Shown here: one piece after another, positions 63,281 through 64,000 of the stretch
How positions within the stretch are numbered: the first letter of the stretch is position 1
How the letters are laid out: each line of letters starts with the position of its first letter
From: Phallusia mammillata
Lineage: Eukaryota
DNA length: 64,000 bases
Direction: 5' to 3'
Assembly (NCBI GenBank): GCA_965637545.1
Contig: OZ281499.1
Coordinates: 4,588,001 to 4,652,000, forward strand
Translations under genes and position numbers: made by a program
Notes under the pieces: model-generated
What the model was told of the DNA's origin: nothing
What the model saw: the letters and a program-made list of their open reading frames with translations, nothing else
Databases searched by the model: none

Positions 63281-63714
63281 GATGAAACATAAAACATCAA
63301 TTAGTTCTTAGTTTTAAACAGTGGTTCTTAACCTGTGAGTAATTTCCCCAAAAGTGGTAATTTAAAATTTTTTGTAATTGTTTTTTGTTTAGGCCCTAGG
63401 GAATCATTCATTTTGTATAGTCATGGTTTCTGTGTTTTGTTTTGCAAAGATGAATTTTATCTGGTTGTTGTCAGGGGCAACAGTGATAGAAGAGTAAAAA
63501 CTAGAAGAAGAACTTTGGGTTTAAACGGCAGCGAACCTTTTAAATTCACAAGCAAACAAAACAGTGGTTATTGTCCGTATATTTAAGAATGAGGGTTTCG
63601 ACACAAAATAATGGACACGTTAAGGCAACAGCTCTTGCGAATTTAAACTCAAGTCTCAGTTTGTTAAGTTGAGATACAGTGTCGTAAACATAAGAGGTAA
63701 GGATCGTTTCAGTC

Positions 63715-63919
63715 GCGGGCTTTCTGTTTTTTGTTGCGGGCTTTCTGCTTTTTGTTGCGGGCTTTCTACTTTTTGTTGCGGGCTTTCTGCTTTTTGTTGT
63801 GGGCTTTCTGCTTTTTGTTGGTGGCTTTCTGCTTTTTGTTGCGGGCTTTCTGCTTTTTGTTGCGGGCTTTCTGCTTTTTGTTGCGGGCTTTCTGCTTTTT
63901 GTTGCAGGCTTTCTGCTTT
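63715..63919. repeat. Minisatellite, 21-bp unit GCGGGCTTTCTGCTTTTTGTT, about 10 copies
   Basis: Head-to-tail copies with isolated substitutions and no spacers. Confidence 0.95.
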
Positions 63920-64000
63920 ATCGTTTTTGCCATTGGCTTGACTATACACTTACAGCATAGCAGTGTCACCTATAGCTTAGCAGTGGGGTGTTATAATCCG

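Noticed and set aside
63715-63919. CRISPR-like array
   Set aside because: Units are contiguous with no unique spacers, there are no cas genes, and the context is eukaryotic.
63656-63969. (QKAESPQ)n and (KKQKARN)n repeat proteins
   Set aside because: A stop-free 21-bp minisatellite is open in several frames on both strands and lies upstream of exon 63077 within the span of paralogue C; there is no independent support for coding.

Overview
AT-rich eukaryotic DNA with many short spliceosomal introns (about 55-70 nt). It looks like an invertebrate chordate, probably an ascidian, but that is inference only. Gene order, reconstructed by hand from splice sites and paralogue comparison: (1) two tail-to-tail CLCA metalloprotease/vWA genes (+ 248-6568, 5' end outside the window; - 19936-11564) that end in a six-cysteine chitin-binding type-2 (peritrophin-A) domain instead of a membrane anchor, with the last exon of the minus copy interrupted by a young poly(A) SINE carrying an 11-bp target-site duplication; (2) three paralogues (A + 21990-31441, B + 33049-42160, C - partial 63077-60913) of a large secreted protein with signal peptide, H-type-lectin-like head, Gly-rich repeats, helical region with a hydrophobic segment, and a C-terminus resembling the Tc-toxin TcA tail; (3) an orphan Pro/Ser-rich gene (45707-47544); (4) a HEPN(DZIP3-like)-NACHT-LRR receptor (50193-about 58805) whose exons are strongly enriched in TGACGTCA palindromes. 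Introns and spacers carry many hAT-type MITEs (8-bp TSD), MULE-type foldbacks (9-bp TSD), tRNA-derived SINEs, two palindromes with hammerhead-ribozyme cores and a 21-bp minisatellite. The best candidates for new biology are the lectin-headed Tc-like toxin family and the chitin-binding CLCAs, clustered with an NLR in what may be a mucosal-defence locus. All domain assignments are by eye and need profile or structure searches.
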